A stretch of 64,000 nucleotides of DNA from Candidatus Uhrbacteria bacterium (GTDB taxonomy: Bacteria; Patescibacteriota; Patescibacteriia; UBA9934): the NCBI GenBank assembly GCA_003518105.1, contig DOZH01000008.1, forward strand, positions 122,128-186,127, given 5' to 3'. The notes under the pieces are model-generated. The model saw nothing but the letters and a program-made list of their open reading frames with translations, was not told the DNA's origin and did no database searches. The translations under genes and the position numbers were made by a program. The stretch's first letter is position 1, and every line of letters starts with the position of its first letter. This document shows, one piece after another, positions 1-9,631 of this stretch.

Positions 1-320
1 CGTCGACGAGACTCGGCGCAAAGCTCAGCCAGTAACAGCAAGGCTTGAACACCAGGCACTCGATTACGTAACAACTGATCCGTTAACGCAGCCGAGGCGA
101 ACCGCAAGCCAACGCCGTCTGGCAAATTGAGGTCGAAGTTGTTGAGCAATTCTTTAAACGACGAGTCTCTTCGCGCCGCTAGCAGAAACTCCGGATTCGG
201 CGTGCAGACCAAATGCGCCGTCGAGACCCCAGCTTGGTTAAGCCGAGCAGCAAATAACCCTCGAGTTTGTGCGGCATCAACACTATCAATGCGCACGCCA
301 AACAAATTTACCGAATTCAT
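1..320 (-). CDS. WecB/TagA/CpsF family glycosyltransferase, 3' end runs off the window
   Basis: Manual translation from ATG at 320: MNSVNLFGVRIDSVD...LVCTPNPEFLLAA...DLNLPDGVGL...RVPG, with the TxNPE, PDG and RVPG motifs of the TagA family. ATGA overlap with the upstream ORF. Not in the ORF track. Confidence 0.85.
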   Translation of the reverse strand, partial: MNSVNLFGVRIDSVDAAQTRGLFAARLNQAGVSTAHLVCTPNPEFLLAARRDSSFKELLNNFDLNLPDGVGLRFASAALTDQLLRNRVPGVQALLLLAELCAESRR

Positions 321-724
321 AATTTACGCCACAAAATCACACACATTGCACCCAGCAAATCAAAAAATAAATCAGCTAAAGTATCCGCGACGCTTGTCTG
401 AGCTAATCCCCATTGTTGCCTGACGGTTGCCAACTGGTCCAATAAAAACTCGCCCCATTCCCAACCAATACCAACCAAAGCTACAAAACCAAGAACACAC
501 AGCGTATAAAAAACCAACTGCGGCCATTTCTTCTTACTCACCAAGTTAACGTTAATAACATTGTTATCCCACAACGCCAATGCCAGCACAGCCATCGCTA
601 CCCCACCACCAAAGTGCATAGGCACGTCATAGTACGGATACCAGGAATACAGGGCAATCATGCCGAGAATGTGAAAAAAGATAACCCAGGCGATAGCTGT
701 AGCTGCTTGTTTATAAGTTGTCAT
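317..724 (-). CDS. Small integral membrane protein (VanZ/DUF2238-like)
   Basis: Four hydrophobic segments; YDVPMHFGGG, WEWGEF and DTLADL motifs; start taken at MTTYKQ. Confidence 0.6.
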   Translation of the reverse strand: MTTYKQAATAIAWVIFFHILGMIALYSWYPYYDVPMHFGGGVAMAVLALALWDNNVINVNLVSKKKWPQLVFYTLCVLGFVALVGIGWEWGEFLLDQLATVRQQWGLAQTSVADTLADLFFDLLGAMCVILWRKL

Positions 725-764
725 ATTGCCCAATTCTAGCAGCAAAAAAGCGAGCAAGCAAGGC

Positions 765-805
765 TTGACGAGGCTTTGTTAGCACTCTATACTTAGGACT
801 GCTAA
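765..805 (+). promoter_or_regulatory. sigma70 promoter of clpB overlapped by a CIRCE (HrcA operator)
   Basis: TTAGCACTC(779-787)-N9-GACTGCTAA(797-805), one mismatch to the CIRCE consensus. -35 TTGACG at 765-770, 17-bp spacer, -10 TATACT at 788-793. Confidence 0.88.
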
Positions 806-835
806 GGGTGTTCTCGTTTATTTTAGCCATTTTCT

Positions 836-3490
836 ATGATGCCTAACAACTTCACCAGTAAATCTAATCAGGCCATGCAGGCTGCTCAAATGATCGCAGC
901 GGATAACGGTCAGCACGGCATCGAGCCAATTCACCTCCTGGCCGCCTTATTGGCCGACGACGACGGCATGGTCATGACTATCCTAGCCAAGCTCGACGCC
1001 CCAATCGCCGCTATTCAAAACGACGTCGTACGGATGCTGGAGACCATCCCCCGTCACGCCAGCGTGGAGCAACCAATTCCGGGGCAGATTTTTTTGACGC
1101 CGCCGTTGGCTCACGTCTTAGAAAGCGCCATCACTCTTGCCAAACAATTTGGCGATGAGTACATCTCCACGGAGCATCTCCTCTTGGCTTTGCTGACCGA
1201 AAAGATGACCGGTGGCTTGCTGCATAACCATAGCCTGAAGGCGGAGGACATTCTGCGCACACTCAAGGAAATTCGCGGCAACGACAAGGTGAATACCCCA
1301 GACCCAGAAAAGAAAACGCAGTCAATCGAGAAGTTCAGTATTAACATGACGGAACTGGCACGTCAGGGTAAATTGGACCCGGTCATTGGCCGCGATGAAG
1401 AAATTCGTCGCGTCATGCAGGTCCTGTCCCGCCGCACAAAAAATAATCCTGTACTCATTGGTGAAGCAGGTGTTGGTAAAACAGCGATTATTGAAGGCCT
1501 AGCCCAACGCGTGATTGCCGGCGACGTGCCAGAGTCGCTTAAAGAAAAAGAAATCGTCAGCCTCGACTTGGGTGCCATGGTTGCTGGTACCAAGTTCCGT
1601 GGCGAGTTCGAGGAACGCCTCAAATCTGTCGTCAACGAAATTAATGCCAGCAACGGTAAGATTATTTTGTTCATAGATGAGCTGCATATGTTGGTTGGCG
1701 CAGGTCATGGCGAGGACGCGCCGATGGACGCTAGCAACTTGCTCAAACCAGCCTTGGCTCGTGGCGAAATTCGCGTTGTCGGTGCCACTACCACTAAGGA
1801 ATACCAAAAGCACATTGAGAAGGATCAAGCTCTAGAACGACGCTTTCAGCCGATCATGGTGAATGAACCAAGTGTGGACGACACCATTGCTATTCTCCGT
1901 GGCATCAAGGAACGCTACGAAATTCACCACGGTGTACGTATTTCGGACAACGCCATCGTGGCTGCTGCCGAGCTCTCCACTCGTTACATCACCGACCGTC
2001 AGTTGCCAGACAAAGCTGTCGACCTCATTGATGAAGCAGCCTCTGCCCTGCGCTTACAAATTGACTCCATGCCAGAGGAATTGGACCGCTTGAAGCGTGA
2101 CGAAATGCGTTTACAAATTGAACGTCAAGCCCTCTTAAAGGAAGAGGACAAAGCCTCCAAAGCACGCTTAAAAGAAATTGAGCGTCAAATTGCGGACTTA
2201 AAGGAACAATCCGGCGCCCTGGAAATTGCCTGGAACTCGGAGAAGCAGTTGATTGAAGGTATTCGCGCCGCCAAAAACGACATGGACAAGCTCATCAATG
2301 AGGCAGAGTTTGAAGAACGTCGCGGCAATTTGCAGCGCGTGGCAGAAATTCGATACGGGCAAATTCCTAACAAACGCGAAGCTCTAAAAAAGACGGAAGC
2401 TGACTTAAAAGTCTTACAGCAGCAGCGTGGTTTGTTGAAAGAAGTTGTCGGCGAGGAAGACATCGCCGCCGTGGTTGGCCGCTGGACGCACATTCCGGTC
2501 TCAAAAATGTTGGAGGGTGAATTAACCAAGCTGGCTCGCATGGAAGACGCCCTCAAAAAGCGCGTTATCGGACAAGAAGAAGCTATTCACGCCGTCAGCA
2601 ATGCGCTCCGTCGTTCTCGCGCTGGCATTAGCGAAGAAAATCGCCCGATTGGCAGCTTCATCTTCATGGGCCCAACCGGCGTCGGTAAAACTGAACTCGC
2701 CAAAGCACTCGCCGAGTTCATGTTCAACGACGAGAAAGCCCTCGTCCGCCTGGACATGAGCGAATACATGGAGCGTCACAGTATGAGTAAAATGGTTGGT
2801 TCTCCACCAGGTTATGTTGGCTACGACGAAGCTGGCCAGTTAACTGAGAAAATCCGCAAACACCCTTACTCCGTGGTGCTGTTCGACGAAATTGAAAAGG
2901 CCCACCCCGACGTTTTCAACCTCCTCTTGCAAATCCTAGACGATGGTCACATCACGGACGCCAAGGGTCGCAAAGTCAACTTCAAGAACACGGTGATCAT
3001 CATGACGAGCAACATTGGTTCCGACGCTATTTTAAGCAATCAACAGCGCTCCAGCCTTGGCTTCCACGACGGCACCGTCACCGCGGATGACTCGACCAAA
3101 GGCAAAGTTCTCGAGTTATTGAAGGAACACTTCCGCCCAGAGTTTTTAAACCGTATTGACGAGACGATTGTCTTCCAGGCGCTGACACAGGAGCAAATTG
3201 CGGAGGTGGTCGAGCTGCAACTCGCCATCGTCGGCAAGCGCCTGATAACCGAGCGTGGTATTGGCCTCAAGGTGACGGAAAAGGCCAAAAAGCTTCTGGC
3301 CTTGCGCGGTTACGACCCGCAGTACGGCGCCCGTCCGTTAAAGCGTGTCATTCAGTCCATGATCCTCGATCCGCTAGCCATGAAAATCATCACTGGCGAT
3401 ATCCGTGACAGCGCCGCCCTCACCATCGACGCCAACAAGAAGGAAGAGATTGAGATTAGAAGCAAAGAATTAGTGGGTAGTAGAAAGTAG
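836..3490 (+). CDS. clpB: ATP-dependent chaperone ClpB
   Basis: Clp N domain, two AAA+ modules ([16 protein letters not shown]), coiled-coil M domain, 884 aa. Confidence 0.97.
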   Translation: MMPNNFTSKSNQAMQAAQMIAADNGQHGIEPIHLLAALLADDDGMVMTILAKLDAPIAAIQNDVVRMLETIPRHASVEQPIPGQIFLTPPLAHVLESAITLAKQFGDEYISTEHLLLALLTEKMTGGLLHNHSLKAEDILRTLKEIRGNDKVNTPDPEKKTQSIEKFSINMTELARQGKLDPVIGRDEEIRRVMQVLSRRTKNNPVLIGEAGVGKTAIIEGLAQRVIAGDVPESLKEKEIVSLDLGAMVAGTKFRGEFEERLKSVVNEINASNGKIILFIDELHMLVGAGHGEDAPMDASNLLKPALARGEIRVVGATTTKEYQKHIEKDQALERRFQPIMVNEPSVDDTIAILRGIKERYEIHHGVRISDNAIVAAAELSTRYITDRQLPDKAVDLIDEAASALRLQIDSMPEELDRLKRDEMRLQIERQALLKEEDKASKARLKEIERQIADLKEQSGALEIAWNSEKQLIEGIRAAKNDMDKLINEAEFEERRGNLQRVAEIRYGQIPNKREALKKTEADLKVLQQQRGLLKEVVGEEDIAAVVGRWTHIPVSKMLEGELTKLARMEDALKKRVIGQEEAIHAVSNALRRSRAGISEENRPIGSFIFMGPTGVGKTELAKALAEFMFNDEKALVRLDMSEYMERHSMSKMVGSPPGYVGYDEAGQLTEKIRKHPYSVVLFDEIEKAHPDVFNLLLQILDDGHITDAKGRKVNFKNTVIIMTSNIGSDAILSNQQRSSLGFHDGTVTADDSTKGKVLELLKEHFRPEFLNRIDETIVFQALTQEQIAEVVELQLAIVGKRLITERGIGLKVTEKAKKLLALRGYDPQYGARPLKRVIQSMILDPLAMKIITGDIRDSAALTIDANKKEEIEIRSKELVGSRK

Positions 3491-3521
3491 ATTGTAGAAG
3501 GTAGATTAACAAAATTAATTC

Positions 3522-3553
3522 AAAAAAAATCTGGCTCGAGCCAGATTTTTTTT
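3522..3553. terminator. Bidirectional intrinsic terminator between convergent clpB and ppa
   Basis: Perfect 32-bp palindrome A8-TCTGGCTCGAGCCAGA-T8. Confidence 0.9.
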
Positions 3554-3598
3554 AGTTCGCGTTCTACTTTCTACAGTCTACAATCTACTTTCTTTTCT

Positions 3599-4105
3599 TT
3601 ACTTCTTAAAATTCTCCATCGCTGCCACGATAATTGCTTTAGCGGCAGCGGCGTCTTGCCAGTCCTCGATCTTGGTCATCTTCTTCTCCAGAATTTTATA
3701 GCTCTCAAAGAAGAAAGAAATTTCGTCCTTCAAGTGCTGAGTCACGTCGGCCAAGTCGTTAATGTGCTTGAAGCGCACGTCGTCCTTAGCCACAGCCAAG
3801 ATCTTCTCGTCCTGGCCCTTGTCGTCACTCATGACGAGGACGCCGATTGGGCGAACGTCAACAGCCACGCCTGGAAAAAGTGGATTGCTGACCATGACCA
3901 AAACGTCCAACGGATCGCCATCGCCACCCAAAGTTTCTGGAAAGAAACCGTAATCACAAGGGTAAAACATGGGTGAAAAAAGCACGCGGTCGAGCTTGAT
4001 GATGCCTTGCTCGTGGTCAAATTCGTACTTGTTCTGACTGCCGCGTGGCACCTCAATCACGGCTTGGCAGACGTCTGGGGCTTTGCTTCCAATGCTCAAA
4101 TTCAT
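3599..4105 (-). CDS. ppa: Inorganic pyrophosphatase (family I)
   Basis: NKYE, DRVL, YPCDYG and DGDPLD motifs. Confidence 0.96.
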   Translation of the reverse strand: MNLSIGSKAPDVCQAVIEVPRGSQNKYEFDHEQGIIKLDRVLFSPMFYPCDYGFFPETLGGDGDPLDVLVMVSNPLFPGVAVDVRPIGVLVMSDDKGQDEKILAVAKDDVRFKHINDLADVTQHLKDEISFFFESYKILEKKMTKIEDWQDAAAAKAIIVAAMENFKK

Positions 4106-4193
4106 AGGTCGATTATTAAAGTCGATGTCCGCATGATAAGGCCGATTTTACCCTCTGTCAAAGGTTTTTGGGCCTGTGGTATAATAAAGCCCT

Positions 4194-5555
4194 ATGAAAC
4201 GACTTCTTACCACCCTCGCCCTTAGCACGCTGGTTCTAACACCACTCAGTTCGGTGCTAGCTTTTGACCCTAATTATATAATTTCCGACGACGAACTAAC
4301 TAATCCCTTTGCCCTCGACCGTAACCAAATCCAGGCTTACCTAGACCGCGGCTACCTCGGAACCTATCGCACAGAAGATAATACCGGTGTCGTCCGTTAT
4401 GCCGCCGACATTATTTTGCGCGCAGCCCAAAGTGCTGGCGTCAGCCCGAAGTTCTTACTTGTGCTCTTACAAAAAGAACAAAGTTTAGTGGAGGACGACG
4501 CTCCGACTGACAATCAGCTCGATTGGGCTACCGGCTACGCTGTGTGCGACGACTGCTCTAAAGACGATGGCACCATTCAACGTTGGCGCGGTTTCGGTAA
4601 GCAGGTCAATTCCGCAGCGCTCCAGTTCAGCGAGGGCTACCTGGCGGATATTGCCGCCAATGGCAGCACACAAGGAAAATACGGACCAGATATTAAGGTG
4701 AAAATAGACAGCACAACCGTCACGCCAGTCAACGCCGCCACCGCCGCGCTTTATGCTTACACCCCGCACATTCACGGCAACGAAAATTTCGCCAGCATTT
4801 GGGACCGTTGGTTCGGTGCCAACTACCCTTCCGGTTCACTCTTGCAAGCAGCTGGCGAGGCTAACGTCTATTTGATTCAGAACGGTTACAAGCGGCTAAT
4901 CACGAGCTATAGCGCACTTACTTCACGTTTTAATGCGAACCTAATTGTGCAGGTTAGCAAGACCATTCTCAACAATCACCCTGATGGTTCCCCGATCAGC
5001 TTCCCTAACTATTCACTGTTAGAGGACGAGGAGAGTAACGTCTACCTACTGGTGGACGACAGTCTCCGTAAAATTGATAGTAATGAAACTTTTAAATCGA
5101 TCGGCTTTTCAAGCGACGAAATTGTGGGTATCACCAACGCTGAACGTGACGCCTACACCATGGGTAACAATATTACTAACGCCACGGTCGACCCAACCGG
5201 CAAGCTCTACCAATTAAAGTCGAACAAGGCTGTGTACTATGTTCGCGATGGTATCCGCCAGGTGATTGTGGACCCAGCTATTCTCACCGCCCGCTTCCCC
5301 AACGAGCAACCAACGCCAGTTGACTCAGTAGTTATCGAGCAATACAAAGAAGGCAAAGCGCTACTCTTGCCCGACGGTAACCTAGTCAAAGGCGTGCTCG
5401 ATCCCACAGTCTATGTCATCACTGACGGTATGCGTCGCGCTATTGATTCCGAGGCCACCTTCCACAGCTTTGGTTGGTCTTTCAGTCATGTATTGACCAT
5501 TAACGACGAAGCCCTCGCCCTGCACCCCCTCGGCGCAGATCTAACTTCGGAATAA
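4194..5555 (+). CDS. Secreted/surface protein: conserved N-terminal domain (possibly lysozyme-like) plus about four C-terminal beta repeats
   Basis: Signal peptide; FDPNYIISD, LQKEQSL and NAATAALYAYTPH motifs; repeats of the form G-x-L...VY-x-I-xx-G-x-[KR]R-x-I. Confidence 0.6.
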   Translation: MKRLLTTLALSTLVLTPLSSVLAFDPNYIISDDELTNPFALDRNQIQAYLDRGYLGTYRTEDNTGVVRYAADIILRAAQSAGVSPKFLLVLLQKEQSLVEDDAPTDNQLDWATGYAVCDDCSKDDGTIQRWRGFGKQVNSAALQFSEGYLADIAANGSTQGKYGPDIKVKIDSTTVTPVNAATAALYAYTPHIHGNENFASIWDRWFGANYPSGSLLQAAGEANVYLIQNGYKRLITSYSALTSRFNANLIVQVSKTILNNHPDGSPISFPNYSLLEDEESNVYLLVDDSLRKIDSNETFKSIGFSSDEIVGITNAERDAYTMGNNITNATVDPTGKLYQLKSNKAVYYVRDGIRQVIVDPAILTARFPNEQPTPVDSVVIEQYKEGKALLLPDGNLVKGVLDPTVYVITDGMRRAIDSEATFHSFGWSFSHVLTINDEALALHPLGADLTSE

Positions 5556-5556
5556 T

Positions 5557-6348
5557 ATGATTGTTTTCGCAGCGCATGTTCCTAATTCTCCACTACTATT
5601 ACCGTCTATCAGCGGTGACCGGATTGGAGCAGTCAAAAAAACCTGCGCTGCCATGGACCAGTTGGCCGATGAGTTGTACGCCACCAAGCCAGATACCATC
5701 GTGCTAATTAGCGATCAACCCACGCGTTACAGCGAGGCCTTCTCCATTTCCGTCAGTGATCCTTATGCTGCAGACCTAGCGAACGTGGGCGACTTGAGCT
5801 ACAAACAAACTTATCATCCTGATTTCGGTTTAATCGACGCCTTGCAGCGCGCCTTACGCAAGTTCGACGAAGCCGTAACCCTAACAACTGACCCACATCT
5901 CAACTTCGCCGCCGCTATCCCGCTTGACTTACTCACCGAACACTTACCAAACATCCGCGTCGTACCAATCAGCCCGTGCGACCTGGACCCCAAGGCTCAC
6001 TTTACCTTTGGCCAATCCCTCAAACACACGCTCGTTGAGAGCAAAAAACGCATCGCCGTTATTTCCGCGGGTGACCTGGCTCATACTTTAACAGACTTTG
6101 CTCCAGGCGGCCTTCACACAAGCGGCGCCGAATACGACGACGCCTTATTGACGCTACTCGAACAGCACAACGTGGTCGGCCTCTTGCAAATTGAGGAAAA
6201 GCTTCGTCACGAGGCTCAAGAGTCAGCCTATTTCAAACTACTCATTCTACTTGGCGTTCTCGACGGCATGCCTGTATTAACCAATTTGTTAAGTTACGAG
6301 TACCCTTTCGGGGTTGGCCTGGCTGTGGTAAATTTCATTTTAGAGTAG
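5557..6348 (+). CDS. MEMO1/LigB-fold protein (AmmeMemoRadiSam protein B-like)
   Basis: HVPNSPLLLP, PDTIVLIS, ISAGDLAH and SYEYPFGVG motifs. Confidence 0.8.
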   Translation: MIVFAAHVPNSPLLLPSISGDRIGAVKKTCAAMDQLADELYATKPDTIVLISDQPTRYSEAFSISVSDPYAADLANVGDLSYKQTYHPDFGLIDALQRALRKFDEAVTLTTDPHLNFAAAIPLDLLTEHLPNIRVVPISPCDLDPKAHFTFGQSLKHTLVESKKRIAVISAGDLAHTLTDFAPGGLHTSGAEYDDALLTLLEQHNVVGLLQIEEKLRHEAQESAYFKLLILLGVLDGMPVLTNLLSYEYPFGVGLAVVNFILE

Positions 6349-6361
6349 GTAGTTGGTAGTT

Positions 6362-8212
6362 ATGTTCCTCCGAGTTTACCCCATTTTACGATTGCCGCGG
6401 CGATTCGGCGTCTTTGATTATGAGTTACCGGAGGGACTGAGCGTCTCGCCCGGTGACTTGGTGCACGTGCCATTTCATAATCGGGTTATCCTGGCGGTAG
6501 CGGTGGCTTTGACCGAGGTGACAGAGGTGCGGAGCAAACTAGCCCAAGCAATAGACGTCGCCTTCCCGCGGGCCTTAGCCAAGGCCGACATTGACCGCTT
6601 AGTGAATCTGGCCCAAACAATTGCGCAGTCACCTTCCACTATTTTTTTATCTTCATTCGGGGTACTGAAAAATGAGCAATCCGCGCCACGTCTAGTGTCG
6701 CAAAATAACATGCAACTTTCACTACCAAGAGACCTGGTGGAGCAGTTACAGCAAATCGTTAAATTAATAAAGCCAAGTGCGGCAGGACCCGACGAACTAT
6801 GGTCCCCAAGCCTTGGCGATGTACCTCAGACTGATATTGTCTGCCAATTGGGCACCGAAGCCTCGTTCGCCCTAGCCAAACTTCTTCGTCAAAGAACAAA
6901 AGGACAGATGCTCATCATCATGCCCCGCGAACGGGATGTCGAGCTGCTTGGTCGGCTGATCGATCTTGGGAAGAGCACAGCCACACTCCACGGCCACACC
7001 AAACCGTACGAGCGTGAAAAGATTATTCATGCCTGGCGGACTGGCCGGCTGCAAACTTTAATTGGAACGTTGCAGGCCACACTTATTCCAGCGCATAAAA
7101 TCGACACTGTTCTCCTCATGAGCACTGGCACGGATGACCATTTCTCCGACCGTCGTAACCCCAGGCTCGATAACAGACTGTGCGCCGAGGCTCAGGCCCG
7201 GCAGCACGGTGCATTGTTTGTGACCACGGATTATCTGCCGCGTCCTGAGGAGATTGCTTTAACCACTACCCCGCTACCCTGCTACGCCCCTACCCCGCTT
7301 GATCTCAGCGTCGTCGATTTACGTAAACCAGACGAGCAAACGGCCACGCAATTACTGAGCGAAACGCTGCTAGCTGAGGTAAATAATGCTTTACAAAGCC
7401 AAAAAAAGGTGCTACTTTTCTATAACCGCAAAGGCGTTGCCAAGCGAGTTGTTTGCTCTAGCTGCAGCGCCATGGTGGTTTGCCCAACTTGCGGCAACGT
7501 TCCGTCCATTCGGCCGCCAATGGCCAACTGCTTACGCTGCGGCCACATCTGGCCCATTCCTGAAAAGTGTGGGGCCTGCCAAGTAGGCCACCTTAGCCTC
7601 AAAGGCATTGGCAACGCTCACTTGGAAAAGGCCCTGGTCGCCCTGTTCCCCACTTACACCGTGGGCCGCGTGGAGAAGAACCACACGGAAGGACGGCAGG
7701 CGCAAATTCAGTTGGTGACCGAGTATTTCTTTTCCAGCTTGGTCGAGCCGTTCGCGCGTAAAGAATATGGGCTGGTGGCCGACCTGGCTGCGGATCTTTC
7801 GCTCAACCCCGAGAATTTTCGGGCGGAAGAGGAGACAGCGCGCAAACTGCATCGACTAGCAAGTTTCGGCAAACAGCAAAACGCCACAGTCGTCGTCCAA
7901 ACCTGGCTACCGGATCTCATCGACGCGATGAAGAACGCCGCAGTCTGGCTAGAGAACGAAACGGCCACCCGGCAAAATTACGGCTTACCACCGTTCGCTG
8001 CCCAGGTGACGGTTCGCCACATTGATTCTGCTGCCTTAATTGCCGTGACTAACCAGACCTTCGTCGACGTACCTGAAAAGCTTGAAGCGATCGGGCGAAT
8101 TCCGTACAATAAGCTGGACGAAATTATTGCCACTTTAGCCACCCTGCCCGATACCGCTGTAATTTCTATTGATCGCACCTATGTCAGCCCTAACAGTCCT
8201 CTGCAATCCTAA
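6362..8212 (+). CDS. priA: Primosomal protein N' (PriA), with degenerate helicase motifs
   Basis: FDY..P...PGDLVHVPF N-terminus, NRKG, four CxxC zinc pairs, VQT, LPPF; sits upstream of def-fmt. Confidence 0.85.
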   Translation: MFLRVYPILRLPRRFGVFDYELPEGLSVSPGDLVHVPFHNRVILAVAVALTEVTEVRSKLAQAIDVAFPRALAKADIDRLVNLAQTIAQSPSTIFLSSFGVLKNEQSAPRLVSQNNMQLSLPRDLVEQLQQIVKLIKPSAAGPDELWSPSLGDVPQTDIVCQLGTEASFALAKLLRQRTKGQMLIIMPRERDVELLGRLIDLGKSTATLHGHTKPYEREKIIHAWRTGRLQTLIGTLQATLIPAHKIDTVLLMSTGTDDHFSDRRNPRLDNRLCAEAQARQHGALFVTTDYLPRPEEIALTTTPLPCYAPTPLDLSVVDLRKPDEQTATQLLSETLLAEVNNALQSQKKVLLFYNRKGVAKRVVCSSCSAMVVCPTCGNVPSIRPPMANCLRCGHIWPIPEKCGACQVGHLSLKGIGNAHLEKALVALFPTYTVGRVEKNHTEGRQAQIQLVTEYFFSSLVEPFARKEYGLVADLAADLSLNPENFRAEEETARKLHRLASFGKQQNATVVVQTWLPDLIDAMKNAAVWLENETATRQNYGLPPFAAQVTVRHIDSAALIAVTNQTFVDVPEKLEAIGRIPYNKLDEIIATLATLPDTAVISIDRTYVSPNSPLQS

Positions 8213-8660
8213 TCCTGAACTCCGTGTACTCTCCGAAGCTTTAAGCGACGAGGATATTTTGCTGCCGCATACCCAAAAATTGATTGACGACATGATTGTC
8301 ACCATGCAGGTAGAAGACGGCGTTGGTTTGGCGGCTCCACAAGTTGGCGCTCACCTGCGTATTATTATTGCTGAGACGCCCCACGGCAACGAGGCTTTTA
8401 TTAACCCAGTCATCACCTCGCGCTCAGTGCGCCTGGTGCCAAGCACCGAAGGCTGCCTCTCTGTGCCCGGTATGTCAGGCACCGTTAAGCGTAATTCCAG
8501 CGTAAAGGTGACGGCCAAGAACAGACTAGGCGAAACGGTCGACATTAAAGCTAACGGCTTGCTGGCGATTATCTTCCAGCACGAGATTGACCACTTGGAC
8601 GGTATTCTGTTCATTGATCGCGCGGACAAGGTTTATACCGATGCTAAGTCGCGCTTATAA
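8181..8660 (+). CDS. def: Peptide deformylase
   Basis: GVGLAAPQ, EGCLS and QHEIDHLDG motifs. Confidence 0.97.
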   Translation: MSALTVLCNPNPELRVLSEALSDEDILLPHTQKLIDDMIVTMQVEDGVGLAAPQVGAHLRIIIAETPHGNEAFINPVITSRSVRLVPSTEGCLSVPGMSGTVKRNSSVKVTAKNRLGETVDIKANGLLAIIFQHEIDHLDGILFIDRADKVYTDAKSRL

Positions 8661-8661
8661 T

Positions 8662-9573
8662 GTGAAAATAATTTTCTTCGGTACGCCGCAATTCTCTGCA
8701 GACTTTTTGCAAGGACTCATGAATGAGTCGGAGTTTGAGGTGGTTGGCGTGGTTTGTCAGCCGGACGAACCACTCGGCCGTAAAAAGATTTTGACCGCAC
8801 CACCCACTAAACAGCTAGCTCTGTCTCACAATATCCCAGTCTTCCAACCAACCAAGCTCAAGGACGAAGCCTTTATTGAATCTCTGCGCCAACTTAACGC
8901 CGACGCTTTTGTAGTCGTTTCCTACGGTCGCATTATCCCGCAAATCGTGCTCGACTTGCCCAAGCTCGGCGTAATCAACGTCCACCCGTCACTATTGCCA
9001 AAATATCGCGGCCCATCCCCCATGCAATCCGCAATCGCAGCTGGTGAGACGGAAACTGGTATTTCGATAATGAAACTCGACGCTCTCATGGACCACGGGC
9101 CAATCTTGGCGCAAACGAAGTTATCAATTACTCCACAGACCACCAGCGAATCGCTGATGGCCGAAGTAGTCGCTACTGGCGTGCCTCTATTAATTGAAAC
9201 TCTCAAAAAGTTTACTCTCGGCGAAATTACCCCAACCGAACAAGATCACGCTAGCGCCACTATCTGTTCCCTGCTTTCTCGCGCCGACGGTATCATCGAC
9301 TGGTCGCAACCAGCCGAAGTTATCTACGCTCATGTTCGCGGCTTGAATCCCTGGCCTGGGACGTCGACTCATGATTTAAAAATTTTCTCGGTCAAAATTA
9401 CAGCACAAGAATTGCCACCGGGCCAGGTCTTGATTCAGGGCAACCGGCTGTTTATCGGCACCGGTTCCTCCGCTTTGGAAATTATCGAAATCCAGCCCAC
9501 CGCTGGTAAACGCATGCCTACCGCCGCTTTCATTGCTGGGCACCGTGAGTTGAGTGGTACGAGTCTCCTGTAA
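8662..9573 (+). CDS. fmt: Methionyl-tRNA formyltransferase
   Basis: IFFGTPQF and NVHPSLLPKYRGPSP motifs; probable GTG start at 8662. Confidence 0.96.
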   Translation: MKIIFFGTPQFSADFLQGLMNESEFEVVGVVCQPDEPLGRKKILTAPPTKQLALSHNIPVFQPTKLKDEAFIESLRQLNADAFVVVSYGRIIPQIVLDLPKLGVINVHPSLLPKYRGPSPMQSAIAAGETETGISIMKLDALMDHGPILAQTKLSITPQTTSESLMAEVVATGVPLLIETLKKFTLGEITPTEQDHASATICSLLSRADGIIDWSQPAEVIYAHVRGLNPWPGTSTHDLKIFSVKITAQELPPGQVLIQGNRLFIGTGSSALEIIEIQPTAGKRMPTAAFIAGHRELSGTSLL

Positions 9574-9582
9574 ACTTTTTAG

Positions 9583-9631
9583 TGAGCCTGTCAGGTGCGA
9601 GCGATGAGCCTTGGCAGGTGAACGAGTCAAT
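9583..9631. repeat. Short intergenic hairpin/repeat related to the flanks of the 51.3 kb element
   Basis: GAGCCTGTCAGGTGCGAGCGATGAGCCTTGGCAGG between convergent genes; shares GCGAGCGAyGAGCCTTGGC with 51433-51451. Confidence 0.5.
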
